DNA of 64,000 nucleotides. Origin: an uncultured delta proteobacterium. Its GTDB lineage: Bacteria > Desulfobacterota > Desulfobacteria > Desulfobacterales > JAFDCJ01. The stretch is taken from the NCBI GenBank assembly GCA_963769935.1, contig CAVYNY010000034.1, forward strand, positions 1 to 64,000, read 5' to 3'. The position numbers were made by a program, and so were the translations under genes. A model generated the notes under the pieces. It saw nothing but the letters and a program-made list of their open reading frames with translations, did no database searches and was not told the DNA's origin. Shown in pieces: positions 51,569-60,699 of the stretch. Position 1 is the stretch's first letter. The number at the start of each line of letters is the position of its first letter.

Positions 51569-52735
51569 TCACCTTCCCAATATTGTCACATTGCCGTAAA
51601 GCCCCACCCCGCCGATGTTGTGTACCAGGCCGAACTGGGGGGCGTCCACCTGAATATCGCCGGCTTCGTCTCTTAATTGCAGTACGATTGTTCTGATCTG
51701 GGAGCCGCCCGTAGCGCCGATGGGGTGGCCCTTGGACAGCAGACCGCCGTCCACATTCACCGGGATACTGCCCTCGCGGTAGGTTTCTTTGGCCTTAATG
51801 AGATCTTTGCCTTCACCCGGTGCGGCAAAACCGAGATCTTCATAGGCCATCATTTCCGCGATGGTGAAACAGTCATGCACTTCGGCGACATCGATATCCC
51901 TGGCTGAGATGCCCGCCATTTGATAGGCCTGCTGCGCGGCCTGCTGAGCCACGGTCAGGCCGGTGAACAGATCCCGGCCGGCCAGATTGACGCTGGTTGA
52001 CGCAGCCCCCAGACCGAAAATCCAGACCGGTTTCCTGCACAAGGCCTTGGCCCTTTCTTCAGCGGCGACAATGATACAGGAACTGCCGTCCGCATTGGCA
52101 CAGCAATCACCCACCCGCAAAGGGCTTGCCACCGGACCTGCCATGCGGTTCGCCGGATCCTGAAACATCTCGAAGGTAACCGGCTTGCGGTAGACGGCTT
52201 TTTCATTCAGCTGGCCGTAGGTTGCGGCCTTGACACGGATCAGGGCCAGATCGTCCGGTCGGGTGCCGTATTTTGCCATGTGAGCACGGGCATACATGGC
52301 ATAGTAAGCCGGCATCATGGTACCGAACGGGCTCTCCCACTGGATGTCGGCACCGCGGCCCATCCGCTCCTGGGATTCGGAAGATGAGATTTCCGACATC
52401 TTCTGAAATCCGACAACCGCCACCACATCGTGAAGTCCTGATTTTACAAGCGAATATGCCAGTCTCACCCCCATACTGCTCGATGAGCAGAGACTTTCCA
52501 CATAAAACGTGGGTTGCGGGTTGAGGCCGAGGTATTCGGCAAAAACGCCGGCCGGTGAACGTTGTTTGTCATACTCGGGAGCCGAACAAATAATGGAGGC
52601 GCCGATATCCCGGGTTGTGATTTGGGCATCCGCCAAAGCTTCCTTGAAACCCTCGAAAGCAAGCTCCCGGATGGATCCCGGATACGACCGCACAAAGGCA
52701 CTCTGTCCGACACCGATGATTGCTACTTTACTCAT
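51569..52735 (-). CDS. Thiolase (SCP2-thiolase-like, DUF35-associated)
   Basis: CSSSS, AEVHDCF, GGLLSKGHPIGATG and HNIGG motifs. Confidence 0.92.
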   Translation of the reverse strand: MSKVAIIGVGQSAFVRSYPGSIRELAFEGFKEALADAQITTRDIGASIICSAPEYDKQRSPAGVFAEYLGLNPQPTFYVESLCSSSSMGVRLAYSLVKSGLHDVVAVVGFQKMSEISSSESQERMGRGADIQWESPFGTMMPAYYAMYARAHMAKYGTRPDDLALIRVKAATYGQLNEKAVYRKPVTFEMFQDPANRMAGPVASPLRVGDCCANADGSSCIIVAAEERAKALCRKPVWIFGLGAASTSVNLAGRDLFTGLTVAQQAAQQAYQMAGISARDIDVAEVHDCFTIAEMMAYEDLGFAAPGEGKDLIKAKETYREGSIPVNVDGGLLSKGHPIGATGGSQIRTIVLQLRDEAGDIQVDAPQFGLVHNIGGVGLYGNVTILGR

Positions 52736-52796
52736 AAGCTATCCTTTCAATTGAAAATTTTCGATTGAATCTTAATCTTCAATCTTCAATCTTCAA

Positions 52797-53546
52797 TTAT
52801 ATGTATTGTCCGCCGTCGATTTTTATCACTTCACCCGTAATGTGTTTGGCTTTATCCGATGCCAGAAACGCAACCAGGTAGGCCAGATCTTCGGGCTGGC
52901 CCACTCTTTTGAGGGCACTTTCTCCCATGGCCAGATCGATGATCTTGTCCCGGGCCTCGGATTCTTTCAGCATGGCGGTTTCAATCAGTCCGGGGGCGAC
53001 GGCATTGACGTTCACGCCGAAAGCACCCAGTTCCTTGGCCAGGGCTTTGGTAAAGCCGATAATTCCGGCCTTGGACGCCGAGTAGTTGGTTTGCCCGAAT
53101 TTGCCGCGCAGGCCGTTAATCGAAGTGATATTGATGATTTTGCCGTATTTGCGTTCTTTGAAAATAGGCGCCACGTGGCGGGTAAAATTGAAATACCCCT
53201 TGAGATTGACCTCCAGGACCCGGTCCCACTGCTCTTCGGTCATTTTCCAGGACACCCCGTCCCAGTTCATGCCGGCATTGTTGACCAGGATTTCAAGGCT
53301 GCCGAATTCATCAATTGCGGCCCGGACGACACGCTCGGCATCGGCAAAAGAGGCGATATCACATTGAACCGCCAGGGCTTTGCGGCCCATTTGCCGAATT
53401 TCTTCGGCGTACTTTTTGGCTTCAGCTTCATGCTTGCGGTAGGTGAGGCAAATATTGGCGCCTTCGCGCGCCAGTTCAAAGGATGCTGCGGCCCCGATCC
53501 CCTGGGAGCCGCCGGTCACCAACGCATTTTTTCCTTCTAACAGCAT
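52797..53546 (-). CDS. Short-chain dehydrogenase/reductase (FabG-like)
   Basis: TGGSQGIG, NNAG, YSASK and VNAVAPG motifs. Confidence 0.92.
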   Translation of the reverse strand: MLLEGKNALVTGGSQGIGAAASFELAREGANICLTYRKHEAEAKKYAEEIRQMGRKALAVQCDIASFADAERVVRAAIDEFGSLEILVNNAGMNWDGVSWKMTEEQWDRVLEVNLKGYFNFTRHVAPIFKERKYGKIINITSINGLRGKFGQTNYSASKAGIIGFTKALAKELGAFGVNVNAVAPGLIETAMLKESEARDKIIDLAMGESALKRVGQPEDLAYLVAFLASDKAKHITGEVIKIDGGQYI

Positions 53547-53624
53547 ATATCCTCCATTCAGGATGTGGTTGATACGTTGATAGTTATTTAATTTGACGAC
53601 CTTATTATTTCAATTAACTAATAA

Positions 53625-54758
53625 CTAATCCTTGGGCTTGCCAAGCACGGCTGCCATAAATTCGATATCAAAGGCTGCACCCTGGGCCTGGCGCCTGCGA
53701 AACTCGATGAAATCGATCACATCCTGACCGGTCATCTTTTTGGTATTAAAGGCATTGAAGCCAAGATAGGCTTCGGCGTTCATATTTACGGCCAACCAGT
53801 GGCGGTTGATGGTCTTGGCCTGATCCCAGAAAAATTTCTTTTTCAAGCGGATGCCTTCCACGCTTTTAATGAGACACCCCGGAAAGAGGTTGGTGAACGT
53901 CCACAGAATTTTGTTGACTTCGGCATCCAGAAGCTCGAAATCCGTCCCGGCATTTTTAATATACTCCCGCGCCTTTTTGGCGCCTTCACCGCTTTTAAAT
54001 TCGCCGTAGACGATTTCGCCGTCATCGATGTATTTATCGGTGATGACGGCGGGATTGCGCACCCATTTGCCGTTGTCTTTGATTACCGGCACACATTTGG
54101 ATATCAGCCCCAGCTGTTTCATTTTGTAGGCGCTCCACATCTCGCAGGAGATGCAGTTCCACATGGCCAGTTCTATCGGCAGCATCCAGGGTAGAAAATC
54201 CGAACTGCCGCCGTCAGGCGCCGATCCGTGCCGTGGACCTGCCTGCCCGAATATGGCCAGGTCGCTGGCGATCGCGGTATCACAGGCCATCCCGATCTCC
54301 TGTCCTCCGGCTACCCGCATGCCGTTGACCCGACAGATCGTGGGCTTCTTACAAGTCATTATGCTGTCCACCATGCCGTTAAACAGGTCCATGTAAGCGC
54401 CGTATTCCTGCGGCCGGCCGGAATAGTATTCGGCATATTCTTTGGTATTGCCGCCGGTGCAAAAAGCTTTGTCTCCCGTGGCGGTAAATACGGCTGCGAC
54501 CACAGAGGGATCGGCCGAAGCGCGCTGAAAACCCGCGATCACACCCTTGACCATTTCGGTGGTGTAAGAATTGTATTGTTGGGGATTGTTTAACGTGATC
54601 CAGGCGGAATAGAGATCGTCGATTGGGTGTCCTTGAGGGTCGAGGATGGGTTTTTTTTCGAAGATTACCCCGGGTGCTTTAGCGGAGAAGTGCTCTTCTC
54701 CCCACAAATAATGGTCCTTGATGCCTGACTCTCTTGGCAACCAGTTAATATCGGCCAT
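53625..54758 (-). CDS. oah: 6-oxocyclohex-1-ene-1-carbonyl-CoA hydrolase (Oah/BamA/BzdY)
   Basis: WITLNNPQQYNSYTTEMVKGVI, FCTGGNTKEYAEYY, RVNGMRVAGGQEIGMACD and FGQAGPRHGSAPDGG motifs. Confidence 0.93.
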   Translation of the reverse strand: MADINWLPRESGIKDHYLWGEEHFSAKAPGVIFEKKPILDPQGHPIDDLYSAWITLNNPQQYNSYTTEMVKGVIAGFQRASADPSVVAAVFTATGDKAFCTGGNTKEYAEYYSGRPQEYGAYMDLFNGMVDSIMTCKKPTICRVNGMRVAGGQEIGMACDTAIASDLAIFGQAGPRHGSAPDGGSSDFLPWMLPIELAMWNCISCEMWSAYKMKQLGLISKCVPVIKDNGKWVRNPAVITDKYIDDGEIVYGEFKSGEGAKKAREYIKNAGTDFELLDAEVNKILWTFTNLFPGCLIKSVEGIRLKKKFFWDQAKTINRHWLAVNMNAEAYLGFNAFNTKKMTGQDVIDFIEFRRRQAQGAAFDIEFMAAVLGKPKD

Positions 54759-54998
54759 TGGTACTCTCCTTTTCTTAACAAGTTTTTATAGATTTTTTAT
54801 AATCTTATAACTGCCTTTGTATTATTTCAGCGACAAGCGGGAAGATTTATTTTATAGCTATATATTAGCTACATCGATGTTTAGTCAAGAAAAAAAATGG
54901 CAATTAATGCGCCGGTTCATGGATCTCCCGACTTTCTTCGATTATAAAAGGACATTTCACAATCTTCAATGTACCATTTTCCAAGGCGATTAATTAGC

Positions 54999-55026
54999 TT
55001 GACAGCATCTTTCTTGTTGATATCTT
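54999..55026 (+). promoter_or_regulatory. Probable sigma70 promoter of the AcuA-like gene
   Basis: TTGACA-N16-TATCTT with TG just upstream of the -10. Confidence 0.5.
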
Positions 55027-55070
55027 GGACCATTCATCAATGATCAGGATCAGGCTTCGTCCGGGATCTC

Positions 55071-55715
55071 ATGAGGCAAAACTCCAGCAAAGCAACCGTG
55101 CGGGTGACTCGATTCGGCAGCATACAAATACGCTCTTTTTGTACACCCGCGGATTTAGATAGGCTTGAATTTGATGCCGGTTTCTCCACCGGCACCGGGA
55201 ATAAATCGCTTTATACCGGCAATGAGAGCATCAAGCGGCAGGCCAAACAGCCCGATACCAACCTTGTGCTTGCCGTATCCGGCGACAACCATGTCATTGG
55301 ATTTGCAATTCTGGCCTATCCCGACCCCGGTGAAAGGTGGGCCGGCCTGGGACCCGGGATCATGATGGAAGTAAAAGCCATTGAGGTGGTGCGGCGCTGT
55401 CGATCGGCCGGTATTGCCGACGGCATGCTGAAGATGCTGCTGGACCATCCCCGGATCGAGGATAGGATCATTTACATGGTCGGTTATTCATGGACCTGGG
55501 ACCTTAGCGGTGCCCGGATGACGGCCGCGCAATATCGCCAAATGCTGTTAAAACTTTTTAAACCGCACCGTTTTGAGCCGTATCAGACAAATGAGCCGAA
55601 TATATGTTTAAAGCCTGAGAATTTGTTCATGTGCCGAATCGGTCAAACGATTACTGGCGCCGTCTTCGATCGGTTCAAATGGCTGCGGTTCGGTCTTTTT
55701 CCCTGGAGGCGCTGA
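55071..55715 (+). CDS. acuA: AcuA-like GNAT protein acetyltransferase
   Basis: AYPDPGERW, AIEV....R..GIA, YSWTWDL and TNEPNI..PEN..M.RIG match the AcuA pattern. Confidence 0.75.
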   Translation: MRQNSSKATVRVTRFGSIQIRSFCTPADLDRLEFDAGFSTGTGNKSLYTGNESIKRQAKQPDTNLVLAVSGDNHVIGFAILAYPDPGERWAGLGPGIMMEVKAIEVVRRCRSAGIADGMLKMLLDHPRIEDRIIYMVGYSWTWDLSGARMTAAQYRQMLLKLFKPHRFEPYQTNEPNICLKPENLFMCRIGQTITGAVFDRFKWLRFGLFPWRR

Positions 55716-55900
55716 TAAGTTGCCGAACAGTTGCCAAAAAGAGGCAGGCTATAGGCTGCCAAAATTTCTTGAAAATCCTGGTCCTGGAGTACTGGAGGAA
55801 TGGAGTGTTGGAATGTTGAAAACAGGCAGCAATCCATTAGCCGCCACTCCAATCCTCCATTACTCCAACACTTCGAAATTATTCGGGAGGAGGTAAAATA

Positions 55901-56857
55901 TTGGTGCAAAAAGATGTGTGCCAAAGGATCATTGACGGAGATCAGCTGGCGGGGGCCCGGTTGATTCGTCTGCTGGAGGAGCAAGATCCGCAGGGAACCC
56001 AGGTCCTTAAACAGCTGTATCCTCACACCGGTCGGGCATTTGTGATAGGAGTTACCGGGCCGCCCGGATCCGGGAAATCAACCCTGGTGAACTGTCTTAT
56101 CAGTGAATTTCGCAGCAGGGATATGAAAGTCGCCGTTGTGGCAATAGATCCTTCCAGCCCGATTTCAGGCGGCGCCTTGCTGGGCGACCGCATTCGGATG
56201 CGACGTCACATTGAAGACGACGGGGTCTTTATCCGATCCATGGCCACTCGCGGCCATCTCGGCGGATTGAGCAAGACTACCCGCGAAACGGTCCTGGTGT
56301 TTGATGCCATGGGCTACGACATCGTTATTATTGAAACCGTGGGCGTCGGACAGGATGAAGTGGAAATAGCACAGTTTGCCCATACCACGGCGGTCGTCAG
56401 TCTGCCGGGCATGGGGGATGACATCCAGGCCATGAAAGCCGGTCTGCTCGAAATCGGGGACGTGTTTATCGTCAACAAAGCCGATATCCCCGGCGCCGAT
56501 GATGTTGTCGAGCAATTGCGCGGCATGCTCGATCTGGGCCGCGCTTCCGAAAATGATTGGCGGCCGCCGGTGCTCAAAACCGTGGCCGTTAAAAGTGAGG
56601 GCATCACCCAACTCGCGGACGCTTTCCGGCGTCATCGTCAATATTTGATTGCCGGCGGCACCTTCGCTGAACACAACTTCAAATGGGAATTTCAGTTTTT
56701 CCGGCAGCTGGTGATGGAAATGGCCGCAGAGAAGATTTTTGAGGGCGTCAAAGACGCACCCGCCTACCAGGTGCTGCTCGAGGGTCTCAGAAACCGCAGA
56801 ACAGATCCCATTTCGGCAGCGGAAAAGATGATGGAGAAAGTGCTATTGAAGGATTAG
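55901..56857 (+). CDS. meaB: MeaB/ArgK family GTPase
   Basis: GPPGSGKS, DPSSP.SGGALLGDRIRM, ETVGVGQ and NKAD motifs. Confidence 0.93.
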   Translation: MVQKDVCQRIIDGDQLAGARLIRLLEEQDPQGTQVLKQLYPHTGRAFVIGVTGPPGSGKSTLVNCLISEFRSRDMKVAVVAIDPSSPISGGALLGDRIRMRRHIEDDGVFIRSMATRGHLGGLSKTTRETVLVFDAMGYDIVIIETVGVGQDEVEIAQFAHTTAVVSLPGMGDDIQAMKAGLLEIGDVFIVNKADIPGADDVVEQLRGMLDLGRASENDWRPPVLKTVAVKSEGITQLADAFRRHRQYLIAGGTFAEHNFKWEFQFFRQLVMEMAAEKIFEGVKDAPAYQVLLEGLRNRRTDPISAAEKMMEKVLLKD

Positions 56858-57091
56858 AACATTGGCGGTCAAATTAAAGGGGGCTCAGTTTGGAAAGCGT
56901 ATGAAAACTGGTCGGAGTAATGGAGTGTTTGAGTACTGGAGTATTGGATTTTTTCCATCACTCCATTACTCCAAAACTCCATCACCCCCAAAAATTTTCG
57001 GCAAAACGCCCGGCGGAAAGCCCATTTAAAACGCTCTTATAAAGACCCGGCCTTGGCGCCCGTATCTTTAAATTCAGGCTGGTTTCAACAA

Positions 57092-57625
57092 CTAATGCAG
57101 CCAGCTGCGGCGCAGGCCGATAGCCTCTTCCGGACCCAACTCATGACAGCAATAGCAGCGGATGCATTTGTCGTCATCGATATGCGCTTTTTCGTTGACA
57201 AAGCTGGCAGCTTCCATCGGGCAACCTTCTAGGCATGAACCGCAGGCGATACACCGCTCCCATATGACCCCGGGCCTGACGGAATACGCACTTTTGAAGA
57301 ACGGCCGCAAAATCTGCTAAGGGCTCACTCAAAAATAACTTCACATTTTATACGCCGATGCATCTCCTGCGGCTGCGTTGCGAAAGCTCGGAATATCCAG
57401 ATATTCCTGCGTTTTCACGCCTTGCCGCCAGAGCGCCTCAATGCCTAAAACTGTGAATTAATTTCTTCGTGAACCCTAATGCCATGGCATCGGGTCCAAA
57501 CCGAAATTGCCGGGTGCAACCTGGGGCAGCTTAAAATCCGGTATTTTCACTTCCGCCAGGTCCGCCCCGATAATTTCAATATCTTCCACACGGTTGGGTT
57601 GAGGGTTGCTTTGCTCAGCCTCCAT
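57092..57625 (-). pseudogene. C-terminal remnant of a DUF362/ferredoxin-domain protein, interrupted by a MITE
   Basis: IEIIGADL...PDFKLP...PWH | insertion | QILRPFF...CIACGSCLEGCP...CIRCYCCHEL; N-terminal part absent. Confidence 0.7.
57321..57476. mobile_element. 156-bp MITE with TAA target-site duplication
   Basis: Imperfect TIRs GGGCTCAC..AAATAACTTCACA / TGTGAATTAATTT..GTGAACCC; TAA at 57318-57320 and 57477-57479; internal hairpin. Confidence 0.8.
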
Positions 57626-57692
57626 GAGTATCAGAAACAATAAAAACGTCTGATCAAACCAATATAGACTTTAATTTAATGCCTCCCTTAGC

Positions 57693-59114
57693 CTATCCTG
57701 CTATCGTGGGAGGTTGCTTCCAGAATTCAGTGGCCTGTTCAAAGGCGTGAGCCAGCTGGAGCACGCTGAATTCGGCGTTGTGCCTTCCGACGATCTGCAT
57801 ACCCACCGGAAGTCCCTCCGGAGTAAACCCGCAGGGCACCGAAATGGCGGGCAGACCGGTAACGGTGATGTAATAGCAGCTTTTCATCCAGTCGATATAG
57901 CTTTCCATTTTGACACCGTCGATCTCTTCGATCCAGCGCCGGTTGATATCAAACGGTGGAACCTGGTTAACCGGACAAATCAAATATTCATAGGTTTCCA
58001 AAAATTGGCGCACCCGTTGGTAGAGTTCGGTGCGTTTGACCTCGGCTCTGCCGATCTGCGGACCGGTGAGTTTTTGGCCCTGTTCGACATTCCAGATCAC
58101 GGTGTCTTTAATCAGCTTCCGGTGATCTTTCAGCAAGGCGGAATATTGCAGTTCAAAATTCCAGGCTCGCCACACTTTGAATATTTCATCGGCATCGCTA
58201 AAATCCGGCTGGGCTTCGTCCACGATGCAGCCCAGGTTTGTGAATACCCGGCGTCCGCTTTCCAGCACCTGCGTCACCCGGGGATCCACCGGCAATTCCC
58301 CCAGGTCTTTGCTCCAGGCGATCCGCACGTTTTTAAAATTGCGTTCGAGCGGGCGTGTGAACAGGCTCCCGGGTTCGGCAATCGCAATGGGGCTGCGGGG
58401 GTCCGGACCGGCGATGGTGCTCAGCATCAAAGCCACGTCCTGCACGGTACGGGCCATTGGCCCTTCGACTGAAATTGGAAACCAGGCCACCATTTCCGGC
58501 CAGAGGGGGACCCTCCCCGGAGAAGTCCGGAATCCCACAATATTGCAGAAGTTGGCCGGATTGCGCAGGGAGCCTCCCATGTCACTGCCGTCGGCCAGCG
58601 GAAGCATGCCGCAGGCCAGGGATACGGCGGCTCCACCGCTGCTGCCGCCGCAGGTTTTGGTGGTGTCATAGGGATTCAGCGTTTCTCCGAAGACCGGATT
58701 GAACGTCTGGGAGCCGGCGCCGAATTCCGGTGTATTGGTCTTTCCGATGGTAATGGCGCCGGCTTTTTTAAGACGCTCTACAATTAAGCCGTCATGATCC
58801 GGCACAAAGTCCTTGTATATGGGCGAGCCCCAAGTAGTGCGCATATCCTTGGTCGGAACCAGATCCTTATGGGCCATGGGAAGACCATGCAGTGGTCCGA
58901 TTTCTTTACCCTGCGCCAGAGCCTCATCGGCAGCGTCGGCCCGGCCCAGCGCCTGTTCGGCCGGTATACGGGTGACGATGGCATTGACGATCGGGTTCAC
59001 GCGTTCGATTTGATTCAGGTGGGCTTCCATCACCTCGCGGCAGGACAATTCCTTTTTCCGGATTCGCCGGGCCATTTCCGTTGCCGTCATGAAACAGATT
59101 TCGGAATTTGACAT
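57693..59114 (-). CDS. Amidase signature family protein
   Basis: [15 protein letters not shown] and GSDMGGSLRNP motifs. Confidence 0.93.
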   Translation of the reverse strand: MSNSEICFMTATEMARRIRKKELSCREVMEAHLNQIERVNPIVNAIVTRIPAEQALGRADAADEALAQGKEIGPLHGLPMAHKDLVPTKDMRTTWGSPIYKDFVPDHDGLIVERLKKAGAITIGKTNTPEFGAGSQTFNPVFGETLNPYDTTKTCGGSSGGAAVSLACGMLPLADGSDMGGSLRNPANFCNIVGFRTSPGRVPLWPEMVAWFPISVEGPMARTVQDVALMLSTIAGPDPRSPIAIAEPGSLFTRPLERNFKNVRIAWSKDLGELPVDPRVTQVLESGRRVFTNLGCIVDEAQPDFSDADEIFKVWRAWNFELQYSALLKDHRKLIKDTVIWNVEQGQKLTGPQIGRAEVKRTELYQRVRQFLETYEYLICPVNQVPPFDINRRWIEEIDGVKMESYIDWMKSCYYITVTGLPAISVPCGFTPEGLPVGMQIVGRHNAEFSVLQLAHAFEQATEFWKQPPTIAG

Positions 59115-59184
59115 AGTTTCTCCTTACGCAGGCCATCCGTAGGCGGTAGGCCGATCGATAGTGACTAATCTTTAGTAAAGTAAA

Positions 59185-59439
59185 GGTGTCAGGTTTCAGG
59201 TGTCAGAGTCTGAATTATCACTGCTTACACTTCGTGCCAGATCACAGTGGGTCATAACATTATTCATAGAACTCCACATAGCATCAAACCACCAAATATC
59301 GAAAGGCTGTTTCGCTCCCGCAGCGCAGGCGCTTGTGCCGCGTGCTTGTTCAGTCTTATTAAAGATAGATATTATTTTGTCTCTATTACTGGCCCGGTTC
59401 ATGGGTCAAGAATTGCGCTGACACCCGACACCTGAAACC
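59185..59439. repeat. Element bounded by inverted heptamer repeats
   Basis: GGTGTCAGGTTTCAGGTGTCAG ... CTGACACCCGACACCTGAAACC. Confidence 0.6.
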
Positions 59440-59500
59440 AAGATATTTGAAAAATGAATTAACTTTTTATGCCTCCCAAGTACCCTGCTGAACACGACGA

Positions 59501-60589
59501 TCACCATTCGAGATCCAGCGTCTGAACCTCTCCCCGGCAGGGATTGCCTAACGTATAGTGGATTTGCCGCCGGCTGAGATTCATGACGATCGACAGACAG
59601 GTGCCGATCTGCAGCAGGGGCTCCACCGCCGGGTTTCGGTGGAGACAGACGGAAAATGGTTTGTCCATGTGATCTTTGAGAATACCCTGGATCGCCTGGA
59701 CATCGATGTCACCTTTTAATTCGGTCATTCTCTTTTGGGCCCGTCGGCAGCGAAGATAGGTCGACAGGAAAGGATCCCGCAGGGGTTTGAGGTCACGGAA
59801 ATTTCTGCCCGGCTTAAGATAATGATTGGTATGGACGCAGATTCCATTTTCAGGCCACAACAGGTGTTCTTCCACCGGTGAGGTTTCAAGATTGACGGCC
59901 TCACCGTCGGCGTATCCTATGAGGAAGTTTATGGAATGGGCTCTGCCGGTGTTCAAAACGTATCCCAGGGCCTGGGCCAGGTAGGAGGATTCCAGTATAC
60001 GCCGGGTGAGAAAGATCCAGGGCACGCCTGTGCAGGGGTGGTCGGATATCAAATTGTTGACCACCAGACCGATCCCGGCGGCGTTCATGCCGATTTTGGC
60101 AAGCTGTCCGGCCTCGGTAAAGGTTATCAGGGCAGGTTTTCCTTCGCGCGGACCGACTTTAAGGATTACCTGGCAGTCCAACATCTCGTTATACCAGTCC
60201 CAGTTCTGCGCCAGCAGCATGTCGCCGCTTTTGGTGGCTTCGGGCAGGGCGGCAATCGTGGTGCACTCCTGGGCCAGCACCTGCGGGTTAAAAAGGATCT
60301 CCGAACGGGCATTTAGTAGGAAGATATCCTCAAACGCCCGGTCGGCACCTTCGGCAATCCCCTGAATTTCTTCCAGGAGATCCGGTGCAAAGGCTTTTGC
60401 TTTGAGAATGAAGGGCGCGCCTCGATCGACGGTTCCCTCCCAGGTTTCGCCCGTAGTGCGATGGAAAAGCTCACGGTAGGCTGCAATATTTGTTTCAATC
60501 CTCCCTCGGGCAGCTTCACCATACGCCTGTCCTCGTTTTATCGGATTCGCCTCATTCAGTTCGATTACAGGAATGGATTCGAGGTCCAT
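59501..60589 (-). CDS. Peptidase C45 / acyl-CoA:6-APA acyltransferase family Ntn hydrolase
   Basis: LNARSE, ECTT nucleophile, AQNWDW, GMNAAG and HTNHY motifs. Confidence 0.9.
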   Translation of the reverse strand: MDLESIPVIELNEANPIKRGQAYGEAARGRIETNIAAYRELFHRTTGETWEGTVDRGAPFILKAKAFAPDLLEEIQGIAEGADRAFEDIFLLNARSEILFNPQVLAQECTTIAALPEATKSGDMLLAQNWDWYNEMLDCQVILKVGPREGKPALITFTEAGQLAKIGMNAAGIGLVVNNLISDHPCTGVPWIFLTRRILESSYLAQALGYVLNTGRAHSINFLIGYADGEAVNLETSPVEEHLLWPENGICVHTNHYLKPGRNFRDLKPLRDPFLSTYLRCRRAQKRMTELKGDIDVQAIQGILKDHMDKPFSVCLHRNPAVEPLLQIGTCLSIVMNLSRRQIHYTLGNPCRGEVQTLDLEW

Positions 60590-60699
60590 CTCGGAAATTC
60601 CTCCTTCACCCTATTGAGCCAAAATACGGAAATAATTTTTTGAATCATCTATAGGTGGTTTGCGATTGCATTTTGCAATCGGAAAAAAGATTTCAGGTT

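Noticed and set aside
57310..57485. In-frame TAG as a pyrrolysine codon after MITE removal
   Set aside because: The gene is truncated and has lost a Cys ligand, and no pyl genes are in the window; ordinary decay is the simpler explanation.
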